Source: an uncultured virus (IMG/VR IMGVR_UViG_3300006621_000005) (lineage: Duplodnaviria; Heunggongvirae; Uroviricota; Caudoviricetes). From it: a stretch of DNA of 64,000 bases. The notes under the pieces are model-generated. The model was not told where the DNA came from, ran no database searches, and worked only from the letters and a program-made list of their open reading frames with translations. The position numbers and the translations under genes were made by a program. The stretch lies in IMG/VR virus record IMGVR_UViG_3300006621_000005; one strand, written 5' to 3'. Positions within the stretch are counted from its first letter, which is position 1. The number at the start of each line of letters is the position of its first letter. This document shows positions 29,124 to 40,271 of this stretch, in pieces.

Positions 29124-30953
29124 ATGGCAGAATTAAAATTTTTAAGTACACTAAGAACAAGCGCTAACCAAATTAAGGTAGACGCTCGTACTTATATTGC
29201 AAGAGTATATAATCGTGCGGAAACTCTATTTACAGAGGCTTCACCATTTGCTCAGATTGTAAATGTAATGGCAGAGCTTGGTGAACTAATTATGTTCTAT
29301 GTAGAAGATGCTACAGTAGAACAAAACATTTATACTGCCCAGCAATCAGAATCTATCTATGGTCTATCAAGATTAACTGGCCATGATGCAACTAGAGGTT
29401 TTGCTGCAACTGGTGAGATTGAATTTAGATGGAAAGTAGGTGCGGATCTTGGTAAGATTGCAGGTACTGGCTTAAATATTGATGCTAGATCAGAGCTATC
29501 ATGTGAATTAAACGGTTTAAAATATACTATATTATCTCAACAAGAAAAATTTAGATTAGAAAAATCTAATAAATTTAAAGTTAAATGCGCTATTATTCAG
29601 GGTCAGTTTGAACAACAAACATTTACTGGAACTGGAGAATCAATGCAATCTTACAATGTAAAGGTTAATTCGTTAACCGACCATTCAAAAGTTACAGTTG
29701 CTATTAACGGAGAACAATGGACTAAACATGAGTCCATATATGACTTATTAAACGAAGAAAAGGGCTATATACTTAAAACAGGTATTTCAGGCGGTTTAGA
29801 CGTTTATTTTGGTACTGGTAACTTTGGTGCAATTCCACCAGCAGGTGCTGATATTACAATTGAATATGTAAAACATAAAGGTGGTTTAGGAAATATTGAC
29901 GATGGTCAAGATATTATTTTCCAATGGTTATCAGACGGTACAGATTCTAATGGTGATGATTTTGACTTAAACGAATACTTAGAAGTTAACGTAACATCTT
30001 CACCTAAAATGGGTGCAGATAAAGAGTCTGTTGAATTTACTAAGTTAATGGCACCCCTCGCTTCCAAATCTTACGTCTTAGCGACTCCAGATAATTACGA
30101 GTATTTCCTATCACGTTATGGAATGTTCTCGTATGTGGATGCCTACAATACCACATCGGATCAGTATTTAGATGATGACAATGTTATCTATATCTTTGCC
30201 GTACCAGATGTAAAAAGAAAGTTATTAGCAAGTCAAGATTACTTCTCGATCCCAGAAAATGAGATGTTCTTTGACCAAAACGAATATGACAAAATGTCAC
30301 AAGTGATTCAAGATAGCGGCCAGCAAATGGTAACTACTGAAGTGGTATTTGTTAAACCTCAAATTAGAAAATATAGCTTAGATATTAATATTAGATATTT
30401 TGAGGGTTATACGAAACAAGAAATCTTTAGCGATGTTAGAGCTAGAGTAAGTGATTACTTATTGAATATTACAAGAAGGGATAAATTGCCTAAGTCTGAT
30501 ATTGTGTATATTCTAGAAGAAATTGATGGTATTGATGCAGTAAATGTGAGATTTATCTCAGAAACAGAAGAGACAGCTAGACGTCTAGGTTACTATGAGT
30601 CTAAGACTGTATCTGTTGTCCCACAAGAACCTGTAATTTTAGAAGATATTGGTAACGGCAAACAAAAATATATTTTCTTTAAGCGCGTGGAAGAAGTTAA
30701 GACCGTGGACGTCGATGCGACGACAGCTATTCCGCCAACAATTGCAGGCTTAGACGAATGGGGTGATATTATCATGGAGAAAGAAGAAGTCGCCGTCTTT
30801 AGAGGCGGATGGCAAGACCGTGATGGAGACCCTATTATTGACGACGCTCGTATTAACGCGGAAGCAGCGCTTAGTGTGAATTTTGATGAAACGCCGGTAC
30901 CTAGAACAATATACACTAGAGTACAGGCTGGAAATAGAAAAGCCTTGAAATAA
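29124..30953 (+). CDS. baseplate wedge protein (gp6/gpJ-like)
   Basis: EQNIYTAQQSESIY.L....G, VYFGTGNFGAIPPAG, GADKESVE, LATPDNYEY. Confidence 0.85.
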   Translation: MAELKFLSTLRTSANQIKVDARTYIARVYNRAETLFTEASPFAQIVNVMAELGELIMFYVEDATVEQNIYTAQQSESIYGLSRLTGHDATRGFAATGEIEFRWKVGADLGKIAGTGLNIDARSELSCELNGLKYTILSQQEKFRLEKSNKFKVKCAIIQGQFEQQTFTGTGESMQSYNVKVNSLTDHSKVTVAINGEQWTKHESIYDLLNEEKGYILKTGISGGLDVYFGTGNFGAIPPAGADITIEYVKHKGGLGNIDDGQDIIFQWLSDGTDSNGDDFDLNEYLEVNVTSSPKMGADKESVEFTKLMAPLASKSYVLATPDNYEYFLSRYGMFSYVDAYNTTSDQYLDDDNVIYIFAVPDVKRKLLASQDYFSIPENEMFFDQNEYDKMSQVIQDSGQQMVTTEVVFVKPQIRKYSLDINIRYFEGYTKQEIFSDVRARVSDYLLNITRRDKLPKSDIVYILEEIDGIDAVNVRFISETEETARRLGYYESKTVSVVPQEPVILEDIGNGKQKYIFFKRVEEVKTVDVDATTAIPPTIAGLDEWGDIIMEKEEVAVFRGGWQDRDGDPIIDDARINAEAALSVNFDETPVPRTIYTRVQAGNRKALK

Positions 30954-31228
30954 TGTTATTTAGAGACCTATTAGTTTACAAGCGTAAAAGGCTGTATAAA
31001 GTAGCCAAGCATAGAAGAGACGATCTTAAGAATACCAAGTACGACTATAAGTCTGGTCAAAGAGGTCTAATTGGTAAACAAGTTTCCCCTCATATTCAAA
31101 GAAATCAAACGATGAGAGAGTTTTTACTCTTTATTAACGATTATATGGTAGCTCTTTTAGATCAAGTAAGATATTTAAAGAACTATAAAAACTTTACAGT
31201 ACAAAAAGACGACGATACAACTAGATAA
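30953..31228 (+). CDS. hypothetical protein
   Basis: 91-aa basic ORF, TAATG overlap. Confidence 0.7.
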   Translation: MLFRDLLVYKRKRLYKVAKHRRDDLKNTKYDYKSGQRGLIGKQVSPHIQRNQTMREFLLFINDYMVALLDQVRYLKNYKNFTVQKDDDTTR

Positions 31229-31230
31229 TT

Positions 31231-34026
31231 ATGTGGAATAATTTAAGATTCTTTAATGGTACCACTTCTGAATTACAGTTGGTACAGAACACAGCAGGCG
31301 TTTGGACAGGTAAGTGTTATCTGCCCGAAGTATCTGCAAATCTGTATGAAACCGTCAACCTATTTGTATTGGAAGAAGTTTTAAAAGAAGGGCAAACTTT
31401 AATTAATAAGCCAATTTCACCAAACGGTATAATAACAAAATTTGACTTTAGCTGGAAAGCTTTAGAAAAAGATCAGTCAAAGGACGTTATTATGTATGGT
31501 ATGAGAATGGATGGTGGTAAGGCCTATGTAAAGGAACTTAAATCTCAATCATTAGATTTAGCAGACTATTCAACAATTATATCACAGGATGTTGATTACC
31601 TAAAAGATGTAAGCGTACATGAGAATATTGCTGTACAGGTTAATATTGCAATTTCTTCAGAAAAAGAAGGTATTCATAAAAGGGTATTACAAATTAAAGC
31701 AGGTGAAACATTAATTGCTGAAATTGAATTCTACGGTGAAGTAGAAGCAGAAGATGATAGGCTAAAAGTTTTATTAGGCAACTTGGGCGCATCTTTAGAA
31801 GATGAAGACTTTATGATATTTAAATCGCATGACATTTCTGAAATGCACCCTGACTATCAATTATTAAACCAAAAGAGAAAAGAGTTACTATTAGAACTAA
31901 ATAATATTAAACCATTTGTTGGTACATATAAGGCTATCTTAAATGCTATTGACTTCTTTGGCTATGATAAAGTAACTTTAAAGGAATATTGGATTAATGT
32001 AGATAAAAGTGCTAGTAGTTTCGGTAAGCTACATGCAATTCCAGTACCTAACTCATCTGTGAGAGGTGAGATGACTAGAAAACTACTTAAGTTTAAAATG
32101 CCTTCTGCTACTCAGAAGAAAACTAGTAGATTCTCTCTAGTCTATAGATTAAATGAGCCTAATGGTACATTCGATCAATGGGATTTTGCTAATGTAGATG
32201 AAGTATTTGATTATACTCCAGAAGAAGTCCTAATTAAATTATACGGTTTAAAGAATAGATTACAACGAGATTTTTTACCCCTCGAAGCTAAAATTGTAGA
32301 CATCACAGGGGAAGGCGACTATTTCGCTCAAAAGAACTTAAATATCTGGAAGATTCAAAATCCAATTAGTTTCTTTTCTGAAGGACATAGAGTAAAGTTT
32401 GATGTATTTCCTAAAGATAGAGACTTATTCATTGAAGACACTTCAATGGTGTTAAAGTCTTACCTAGACCAAAATGATTTAACTAATAACTATAATACTT
32501 TCTTAAATTTACCAATTGGAGATGAAGATGTATTGACTAAAGAGCAGAGAACTGAGTTAAAAACCATTTACGAGAAGTTCTACGAGACATACCATGATAG
32601 AGACATGAACTCCTGGAATCAAAATTTTGGTCAGACTAAAGTACCGATTGGATGTCCTGTAATTCTAGACTCTACTGAGTCTTGGGATGATATTTGGGAT
32701 GAGGCTCAATTTGTATGGGATGATGCTGTCGATGCGAATGCAAATTTAAAAGTAAATTGGAATAACTGGTATAAGAGATGGGTTTATGAGATTGAATGGA
32801 TTATTGATGGTCCTAATGGATTTCATCAAGAATATAGAGGTCCTGTTGATTATGTAGATACAAACGATGTGGTTCAGGGCGACTATAAAAGATTAGCGCT
32901 TAATTTACCGTATGTAGGTTCGTATACTGTAGAGTTAAGATTCTATGATTTATTTGGACACATGTCTTACTATAAGAAATCTGATTTATTCGATGTTAAA
33001 TTAAAAGAGATTGAATTATATGGTATTTACTCTTGGTTGGAAACTGATAAGAAAGATAATATAGCACCTTGGAATAATAAAGTATTAGATTGGAATCATT
33101 CTGGTGGTTATTGGGATTTCCCACAAGATAATACAAATAAAGTAGATGATTCAATTGCTACTTTTTATCTGACATTAGATAGGGCTAATTATCCAAAAGA
33201 TGCTACAGATCAGGGTGTAAGATTCTCAACCGTGAGAAGATATATTGACATCTATTCAGATACTGGTTATTCGGAAACCACAGGTCCATTTCAATGGGAC
33301 GAATGTTCATTTAGATGGAAAGATACAGTACATAACTGGTGGAATAATATGAGAGTAGGACCTGATTTAAGTTCTTCTTTTAAAATAGATTGGATTCAAC
33401 AAGGAGATCAATTATCTATTACACATAAAAATCCTGTAACTAATGAGATTACAATAGGTACGCATGTGGTTACATCAACAACACCAACTAGTGTAAATGA
33501 TGTAGAATCATGGAGAGCGATAGCAAATGAATTAGAGGCTAGCCAAAATCCTATTATTTCTAAATTTAATTACAATGCTATTTTTAAGGACATGGATAGC
33601 GATGATGATATTGATACACAAGATCAATTTCAATTTATTTTATGTTCTGGACAAGAATATTCTAAAACATACGATTTTGAAAACGTACACATTAAAGGTA
33701 GTGTAAATTCAGAGGTCGGTGGTGAGGTTCATTCTATAACATATAACCCTTCGTGGGATAATTTAAAAGTATTTAAAAATTGGGCAGAGGTTGAAAGATC
33801 TACCCATGTCACTATATCGACTGACATTTCTAAGTTCCCGGGCGCAAGAAACCCGAAATGGACGATTACTAATATAAGTAACCCAAATGTGAATGATATA
33901 TACTATAATAATATGTGGCTCACGTATATTTTCCAGGAGCCGGGTGATTACTCGATACAACTGGAAGCGGAAGACACGTATGGAAATAAGAACGTTGTAC
34001 AACGCAACATGTTAAAAGTAAAATAA
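31231..34026 (+). CDS. large baseplate protein (gp7-like position) with PKD-like domains
   Basis: VGTYKAILNAIDFFGY motif; YVGSYTVELRFYD and FQEPGDYSIQLEAEDTYGN PKD-like strands. Confidence 0.6.
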   Translation: MWNNLRFFNGTTSELQLVQNTAGVWTGKCYLPEVSANLYETVNLFVLEEVLKEGQTLINKPISPNGIITKFDFSWKALEKDQSKDVIMYGMRMDGGKAYVKELKSQSLDLADYSTIISQDVDYLKDVSVHENIAVQVNIAISSEKEGIHKRVLQIKAGETLIAEIEFYGEVEAEDDRLKVLLGNLGASLEDEDFMIFKSHDISEMHPDYQLLNQKRKELLLELNNIKPFVGTYKAILNAIDFFGYDKVTLKEYWINVDKSASSFGKLHAIPVPNSSVRGEMTRKLLKFKMPSATQKKTSRFSLVYRLNEPNGTFDQWDFANVDEVFDYTPEEVLIKLYGLKNRLQRDFLPLEAKIVDITGEGDYFAQKNLNIWKIQNPISFFSEGHRVKFDVFPKDRDLFIEDTSMVLKSYLDQNDLTNNYNTFLNLPIGDEDVLTKEQRTELKTIYEKFYETYHDRDMNSWNQNFGQTKVPIGCPVILDSTESWDDIWDEAQFVWDDAVDANANLKVNWNNWYKRWVYEIEWIIDGPNGFHQEYRGPVDYVDTNDVVQGDYKRLALNLPYVGSYTVELRFYDLFGHMSYYKKSDLFDVKLKEIELYGIYSWLETDKKDNIAPWNNKVLDWNHSGGYWDFPQDNTNKVDDSIATFYLTLDRANYPKDATDQGVRFSTVRRYIDIYSDTGYSETTGPFQWDECSFRWKDTVHNWWNNMRVGPDLSSSFKIDWIQQGDQLSITHKNPVTNEITIGTHVVTSTTPTSVNDVESWRAIANELEASQNPIISKFNYNAIFKDMDSDDDIDTQDQFQFILCSGQEYSKTYDFENVHIKGSVNSEVGGEVHSITYNPSWDNLKVFKNWAEVERSTHVTISTDISKFPGARNPKWTITNISNPNVNDIYYNNMWLTYIFQEPGDYSIQLEAEDTYGNKNVVQRNMLKVK
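33895..33902 (+). promoter_or_regulatory. GATATATA putative late promoter inside upstream CDS
   Basis: 139 nt before ATG 34034. Confidence 0.5.
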
Positions 34027-34033
34027 ACGAAAA

Positions 34034-34591
34034 ATGGCAAACATTACTGAAATTTTAGGTACAGACTCGGTTTCATCTTCAAGACCAGTTATCAATAGTA
34101 ACTTTGAACTCCTGAACGACGAATTAGCTACAGTTACAAGTCTATTAGACCCAACAACTGCGGTATTAGCCGGTTTAACAAATGCTACGTCTCAAGAACT
34201 TAATGTGGTCAATGGATCTACATTATTTAGAGTAAGTACTGCAGGTGCATTAATTGGCACAGCTGCTACATTCTCTTCATCTGTGAGCTTTGGTGGTTCA
34301 ATTGTTAAATCAGGTGTAGGTGGTTCTGCAACAGCACCAGTAGCTGCTCCAACGACTATCGATAAGGGCACTTACTTTATGAATGGCAACTATGACATTC
34401 CAGCAGGTGTAGACGGACAAGAGGTTACCTTAATCAACAAGAGCGGTGGCGCTGCTACTGTAACAGCATCTGGTACAGTTAGTTTAGGAGCTGCTTCAAT
34501 CTCTTTAGATGGCAATAACTCAACGATAACACTAAGATGTTTTGAAAACGTATGGTATGTAATTAGCTCTCACGCTACTACAATATCATAA
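34034..34591 (+). CDS. short tail-fibre/baseplate-attached protein
   Basis: N-terminal D...SR.VINSNFELL anchor motif (gp9/gp10-like), beta-rich C-terminus. Confidence 0.6.
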   Translation: MANITEILGTDSVSSSRPVINSNFELLNDELATVTSLLDPTTAVLAGLTNATSQELNVVNGSTLFRVSTAGALIGTAATFSSSVSFGGSIVKSGVGGSATAPVAAPTTIDKGTYFMNGNYDIPAGVDGQEVTLINKSGGAATVTASGTVSLGAASISLDGNNSTITLRCFENVWYVISSHATTIS

Positions 34592-34617
34592 TAATTAAAT
34601 TAAACCGAAAACTGTAG

Positions 34618-36526
34618 ATGGCAACTCCATTAGTAAGAATACCACAACCGCAGGGCGGCACGATGTATGCTTTTGCTTCAGCAGCAAGAGATATTACTAG
34701 AGCATTTAATAGCGCTGACATCAATTTTGAGTTTAGTAAATTCGCTTTACTAGACTTACCTGATTTTACAGACTCTGTTAATGGTTCTAATACTATCGAN
34801 NNNNNNNNNNNNNNNNNNNNNNNNNNNNNNNNNNNNNNNNNNNNNNNNNNNNNNNNNNNNNNNNNNNNNNNNNNNNNNNNNNNNNNNNNNNNNNNNNNNN
34901 NNNNNNNNNNNNNNNNNNNNNNNNNNNNNNNNNNNNNNNNNNNNNNNNNNNNNNNNNGGTGCAATTGATTTTAGACCAACTGACTCTAATGAGTCTTCTA
35001 CAGGAGCTTATGCTGAGAACGATAACGCGATCTTAGGTGGCTCGAACTACGATAAAGTAGTAAAGTACTTAGGTAGTATTGACGCAGAGAACGACGTAGC
35101 ATATCAAGGCAATACTTATCATGAAGTTTATATTAACGTGCCAACAGCGGTAGGTTATACGCCTCTGGTATTATTTGAACCAACAGACTATAATACGTCT
35201 GCAACTAAACTTTATTTAGATGCAAATAATACTAATGTTGAAGGTAGAGAGGGGCAAACACACCCTGATCCAAATATTGACTTATTACCTATAGTAGATG
35301 CTGGTTCAACAGCTAATACTGCAGCTTACTATGATATTCAAACTAATGCTACAAACTCAGTTCAAATTAACTGGGATACGGCTTCTTATGAGCCAATTCA
35401 AAATAATCCAGATGTTCAATCACTACTGGATTATGCAAAGACTGGACAACAGTTCAGATTTAATGCCGTTTTAGTTTATTACGATTTATATAGTGCTTCT
35501 ATTCCTGCGAATAGAGCAACAAACCTGTATGGTATCTTAATCTTAGATGATATTACAGATGCTTATGGGCCTGGATCTAAAATCCACGAACAAATTAAGT
35601 TTAAGCCAAATGAAGTTACTGGTTTAAATGGTAATGCATTCTCGTTAAAATTAAATCTTAAATTTAATTCATCACTAGATAACGTAGGTGTTGAGACAAG
35701 TGTAAATGATTTTACTACTTTCTCAATGGATCTATTTATGGACACAACGACCGCGTTAGAAAATGCAACCGATCTATTATTACAGGCTAATAATAGATAT
35801 AGTAAAATTGTAGAAAGATTAGACTCTTTAGAGAATATTATTCTAGGTACAGCACAAGCTGCTGCACTTGAGGGTAGAATTAAAGAGTTAGAAGATGACT
35901 TTACAGCATCATCTTTACAACTACAAGATTCAAACGCATTATTAAGTTTAATTAATAATGCACATACAAAAATTAATCAGTTAATTGATGGTACAATTCC
36001 AGTAGAGTTACAGTATAATACAGATGTAATCTTTGCAGGTAAAGGTACTAATGTTGATAAATCAATTGCTGGTAAAATTAAGGTTAATAACTCTGTCGAG
36101 GGCTATGTGGTAAACGATGTATTCCAATGGGATATTGCATCTGGTGTAGTAAGTGGTAGCATACTAGGAGGTACTAATCTATTTGATAATTCAAACTCTA
36201 ATATTAATGGTGTTTGGACTAAATTAAATTCTTATAGTAATAGATTAAGCTTAAAGAATAAATTAAGTGCCGATCCACTAAATGGAAACCTAAATATATA
36301 TGTTGACGATTCAGTTACAGGTTGGACAAAGGGACAATCTTTTAAAATTGCATTTGATACTATTGATGTAGATGGTAACAATATTAAAATTTGGACAAAC
36401 AAATCAGGTGGCTGGCAAAATATTACAGATATTGACCCATCACAATTACTAACGAATAAACCATACATTGAACTGGTATGTACAGATCCAGTTAACTTTG
36501 TATTTGAAGTAGATATTTTAAGATAA
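34618..36526 (+). CDS. structural protein (single gene across gap 34800-34957)
   Basis: MATPLVRIPQ start, open frame after gap, central coiled coil. Confidence 0.7.
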
Positions 36527-36527
36527 T

Positions 36528-39500
36528 ATGAACACTAACAACTCTATATCCAATTCTTTGAAGAAGCTGCTAGAGATTAATACTAATTCTCTAAAGACTT
36601 TTGAGCGTATTAATGAAGCAGTAACTACAAGTGCTAAGGACATCCCGTTAGAGATACTAACTGACGAGGGTACTAAAATAGTATCTGTTCCTGGCTTTGG
36701 TTATATGAAAAAAGAGCTTGAGAGATTAGACAATAATCTAAAAGCATTAGCAGGTCTAAGTAAAGGTACAACTAAGGTTAAATTAGCCGATGGTACTTTT
36801 CAAAATATAGTTACTACTTCACTAAAGACTCCTGCGAACAATATTACTATTTTATCAAGACCAACTGCGTTTGAGTCTAAGCCTAACTATTTTGCAGAGG
36901 ATTTCTTAAACCCGATGTTAACTACATCAATTGATGTAAGTGGCCAGATTCCAAATGATACAGAAAGGGTTTTAGTAAAAAGAATTTTATTTGACGGTAC
37001 TAATCAGGTGGCTGTAGATTTCTTTAATGAAAATTATAGAAACCAAGATAACATTGATTATCTAACTGCGATTAGAGATATTGTCAATAACAACATTGCA
37101 TATACACTTGACGAAGAGTTAAGAGATATGCCATATAGAACTACACAATATACTGGTAGATTTGATGTACTCTCAATTTCTAACTCTCAAAGAGAGGTTG
37201 TTGAGAATGGAGTTACTGTTAAACAGTCTATTAAACTTTATACTTTAGATAGATTAACTTATTCAGATAACACCAAAGAACTAGATGAGACCGAATTACT
37301 ACGCGTAGGAGATCAATTGATGGTCACTGGTGGTTCTAAAAACACAAGATATAAGATTAATAAGCTTGATGCTTCGACGCGTCAGGTTGAATTAGAATTG
37401 CTAGAGGGCTATGAGGCTATTAAGATTGGTGCAGGTGGTTTATCTATTTACAAAGTAGAAGATAACAACTTATCGATCGAAGTACCTATTGGATTTGATG
37501 AGAGAATTCTAATGTTTGTAAAAGCAGTAGATCCTGAATCTAAGATCCTAGCTGAAAGCTGGTCACCTGGTACTGGATTCTATTCAAACGATTTAGAGAT
37601 TCTTCAAGAAGATGGCTCAATTATTTTATTAGCAGATTATTACAAAGAAAATGTAGCTGACTTTGGTAGACTTATTACGTCTATTAAAGAGGATAATATT
37701 CCGCCGGCAACAGTAGGTGTAACTCCTAATTCTCCAACTCTAGTATCTGATAACTTTAAAGTAGTTCAAATTAATAAACATTTAACTGAAAATGATTCTG
37801 CTGATAAGATTAAAAAATTATCTGCTGATAAAGCCGCAGTTGAAGAGGCAGTTAAGAAATTAGATGATACTATTTCTAAGAAGAGGACTGAGATTGCAAC
37901 TAAAAAATACGCATCTCAAGTACAAAAAGATAAAGATAAATCTGAGTTAAATGCGCTGATTGAAGAGAGAACTTCTGAGGCTAAATTGTATAACTCAATT
38001 GTAACACAAATTCAAGCATTATCTTCTTCATCTAATGTAGCTAAGATTTCTCCTAAATATAGAATTAGAGGTTTCTGGTCCGTACCTGCTCCAAAACAAG
38101 TTGCAGATACTTTAGATCAAAATGTTGTACAGTTTGTTGTACAATATAGATACTTATCAACTTCTGGTAAAGCAGCTGAGGTTGCACAACTTAAATTTAC
38201 AGAAGAAGATAGAGAAAAAGCAGCAGTATTCTCAAACTGGAATGAGGTTAAAACCAAGGTTAGAGATAGAGCTAAATCTATCGATAATGATGGAAATATT
38301 GCTAATAAATTTACATGGCAAGATACTAAGATTGAAGACGGCCAAGAGATTAACTTTAATCAATTAGATATTGCTATCAATCAAGGTGAATTAGTAGAAA
38401 TTAGAGTTAAGTCAGTTTCTGAAGCTGGTTTCCCTGCTAATCCAATGTTATCTGATTGGTCAGAGCCAATCCAAGTTTCATTCCCAGAAGAAGAAATAGA
38501 TACAACAGACGTTGCTGCTGTAGTTGAAGTTAATACTGCAGAACTTGCTAAAGTTCAAATTACAGAAGAATTAACAGCGCAGGGTGTATTTACTCACGTT
38601 AGTGATGCATTTACTGCTAATGAAAATTATTATGCGCACGTTGCAACTAATATAGCATCTGGATTCTTATCACCGGAACAAAAACCAATTTCAGTCTACG
38701 ATAAAATCGCACAACTAGAAGCTCAAATAGCAGGCCTTAAGTCTGAAGTTGAAGCAGAAGTTGGTGAATTGGTTGTTAAGATTGTTGACGAAGAAGGTAC
38801 AGTTACTAATATTGCAAAAGATACTACAACTCAGCTATTTGCTGGTTACTATGTGGATGAAGTTGCAGACTTAACTGTTAGAAAAGGACATATTGTAACT
38901 AAGACATTTAAATTACAATTAGAAAATAGTAAAGCTACTAAATTAGAGTTAGTATCTAGACTAATTGGCGATAGAACAAAACCAGTATATAGATCTTTTA
39001 CTTCTAGTAATGATTTAGCTGCAAGTTCTAATAATTTTGGTATTGGGTTAAATGACCAAAATGGTGCCGGGATTGATAATAAAGTAACTAGAGATAATTA
39101 TTATCAAGAAGAGGGTAATTATGATTTAGTACCTATTCAGTATCAGAACGTAGGTTCAGGTTCTGGCGCAGGTTTATACGAAAAAACATACCAGGCTCCA
39201 TATCAATCTGCTCAAAGAAGAGGTCAATTTGTTTATAGTAGATACATGGATGTGGCTAATCAAAACCCACATTATTTAACAGCTCCTTTAAGTAATATTT
39301 CTGGAGTTCCTACAATTTCAGACTATGAGTATGACTTAAGTACATATACTAATCCAAACAATGATGTACTACCTTGGAATTCAACTGGAACGTATGGAGA
39401 TTCTGATTTTATTTGGTCTGGTGATTTTGAAGATTTTACTGGTAATTGGAATACTAATAAAATTAAGGTTACGTCTACATCAACAATTGGATTAACTGCA

Positions 39501-40205
39501 TATAATAATGGTTTATTCTTACACAAAGACCACCCACTATTAGCAAATATATGGGATAGTGTTGAAAATGACTCAACTAATTATGACTTAGAAAGTATTA
39601 AAAAATCTATGATTTTCTCAATGACTAAGTCAGCTACACAAGGTACAGGGTCTCAGTTATTAAGTATTTTTGGTTATGATTTAACTACTAATCAAATTAG
39701 TTCAAAACAACAAATGGCATACCATGATGGTAACGGCCTATGGGGATCTCAAGAAGCTGAAATAGCTAATGAAAGACCTCTTAAAATGTCATTCGATGCT
39801 AGCGACCAATACTTATTAGGTGGACAATCATGTGGTGCATTCTTATTTGTATCACCTGTTAACATTGATACACTAAAAGTAAGTGGTGAAACCAAAAGAT
39901 CTGGAAAATCAATTAAAGCTAAAAAAGATAATGAGTCTAACGCAGTTTCAGTAGATATTGTATTCCAATATAGAATGACTGATTACTTTGGTAATGATGA
40001 GCAAATAGATACTGGTAGAGTTGGTGGTTTAGCTAGGCTAGCTTTTAATAATTTAACATACACTAAGAAAATCGGTTTAGATATTTTTGATAAGTATGGT
40101 GAACAATTCTCATTTGATTTAGAAGTATTTGCTAAGTATGGTGCTAAAGGAAAGAACTTAAATTCTATTAAAGCTGCAAGATTACTCAGACCAATATCTC
40201 AGTAA
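36528..40205 (+). CDS. large structural protein with coiled coils (1225 aa)
   Basis: Long ORF in tail module; FN3-like VEIRVKSVSEAG.P....SDWSEP segment. Confidence 0.75.
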   Translation: MNTNNSISNSLKKLLEINTNSLKTFERINEAVTTSAKDIPLEILTDEGTKIVSVPGFGYMKKELERLDNNLKALAGLSKGTTKVKLADGTFQNIVTTSLKTPANNITILSRPTAFESKPNYFAEDFLNPMLTTSIDVSGQIPNDTERVLVKRILFDGTNQVAVDFFNENYRNQDNIDYLTAIRDIVNNNIAYTLDEELRDMPYRTTQYTGRFDVLSISNSQREVVENGVTVKQSIKLYTLDRLTYSDNTKELDETELLRVGDQLMVTGGSKNTRYKINKLDASTRQVELELLEGYEAIKIGAGGLSIYKVEDNNLSIEVPIGFDERILMFVKAVDPESKILAESWSPGTGFYSNDLEILQEDGSIILLADYYKENVADFGRLITSIKEDNIPPATVGVTPNSPTLVSDNFKVVQINKHLTENDSADKIKKLSADKAAVEEAVKKLDDTISKKRTEIATKKYASQVQKDKDKSELNALIEERTSEAKLYNSIVTQIQALSSSSNVAKISPKYRIRGFWSVPAPKQVADTLDQNVVQFVVQYRYLSTSGKAAEVAQLKFTEEDREKAAVFSNWNEVKTKVRDRAKSIDNDGNIANKFTWQDTKIEDGQEINFNQLDIAINQGELVEIRVKSVSEAGFPANPMLSDWSEPIQVSFPEEEIDTTDVAAVVEVNTAELAKVQITEELTAQGVFTHVSDAFTANENYYAHVATNIASGFLSPEQKPISVYDKIAQLEAQIAGLKSEVEAEVGELVVKIVDEEGTVTNIAKDTTTQLFAGYYVDEVADLTVRKGHIVTKTFKLQLENSKATKLELVSRLIGDRTKPVYRSFTSSNDLAASSNNFGIGLNDQNGAGIDNKVTRDNYYQEEGNYDLVPIQYQNVGSGSGAGLYEKTYQAPYQSAQRRGQFVYSRYMDVANQNPHYLTAPLSNISGVPTISDYEYDLSTYTNPNNDVLPWNSTGTYGDSDFIWSGDFEDFTGNWNTNKIKVTSTSTIGLTAYNNGLFLHKDHPLLANIWDSVENDSTNYDLESIKKSMIFSMTKSATQGTGSQLLSIFGYDLTTNQISSKQQMAYHDGNGLWGSQEAEIANERPLKMSFDASDQYLLGGQSCGAFLFVSPVNIDTLKVSGETKRSGKSIKAKKDNESNAVSVDIVFQYRMTDYFGNDEQIDTGRVGGLARLAFNNLTYTKKIGLDIFDKYGEQFSFDLEVFAKYGAKGKNLNSIKAARLLRPISQ

Positions 40206-40226
40206 TATGTGGACTCTCAAAGGGAG

Positions 40227-40234
40227 GATATATA
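40227..40234 (+). promoter_or_regulatory. GATATATA putative late promoter
   Basis: Intergenic; followed by TAGAGAA-GAAA-TTCTCTA hairpin (40236-40253). Confidence 0.7.
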
Positions 40235-40271
40235 CTAGAGAAGAAATTCTCTAAAATAGAATTAAAGTTAA

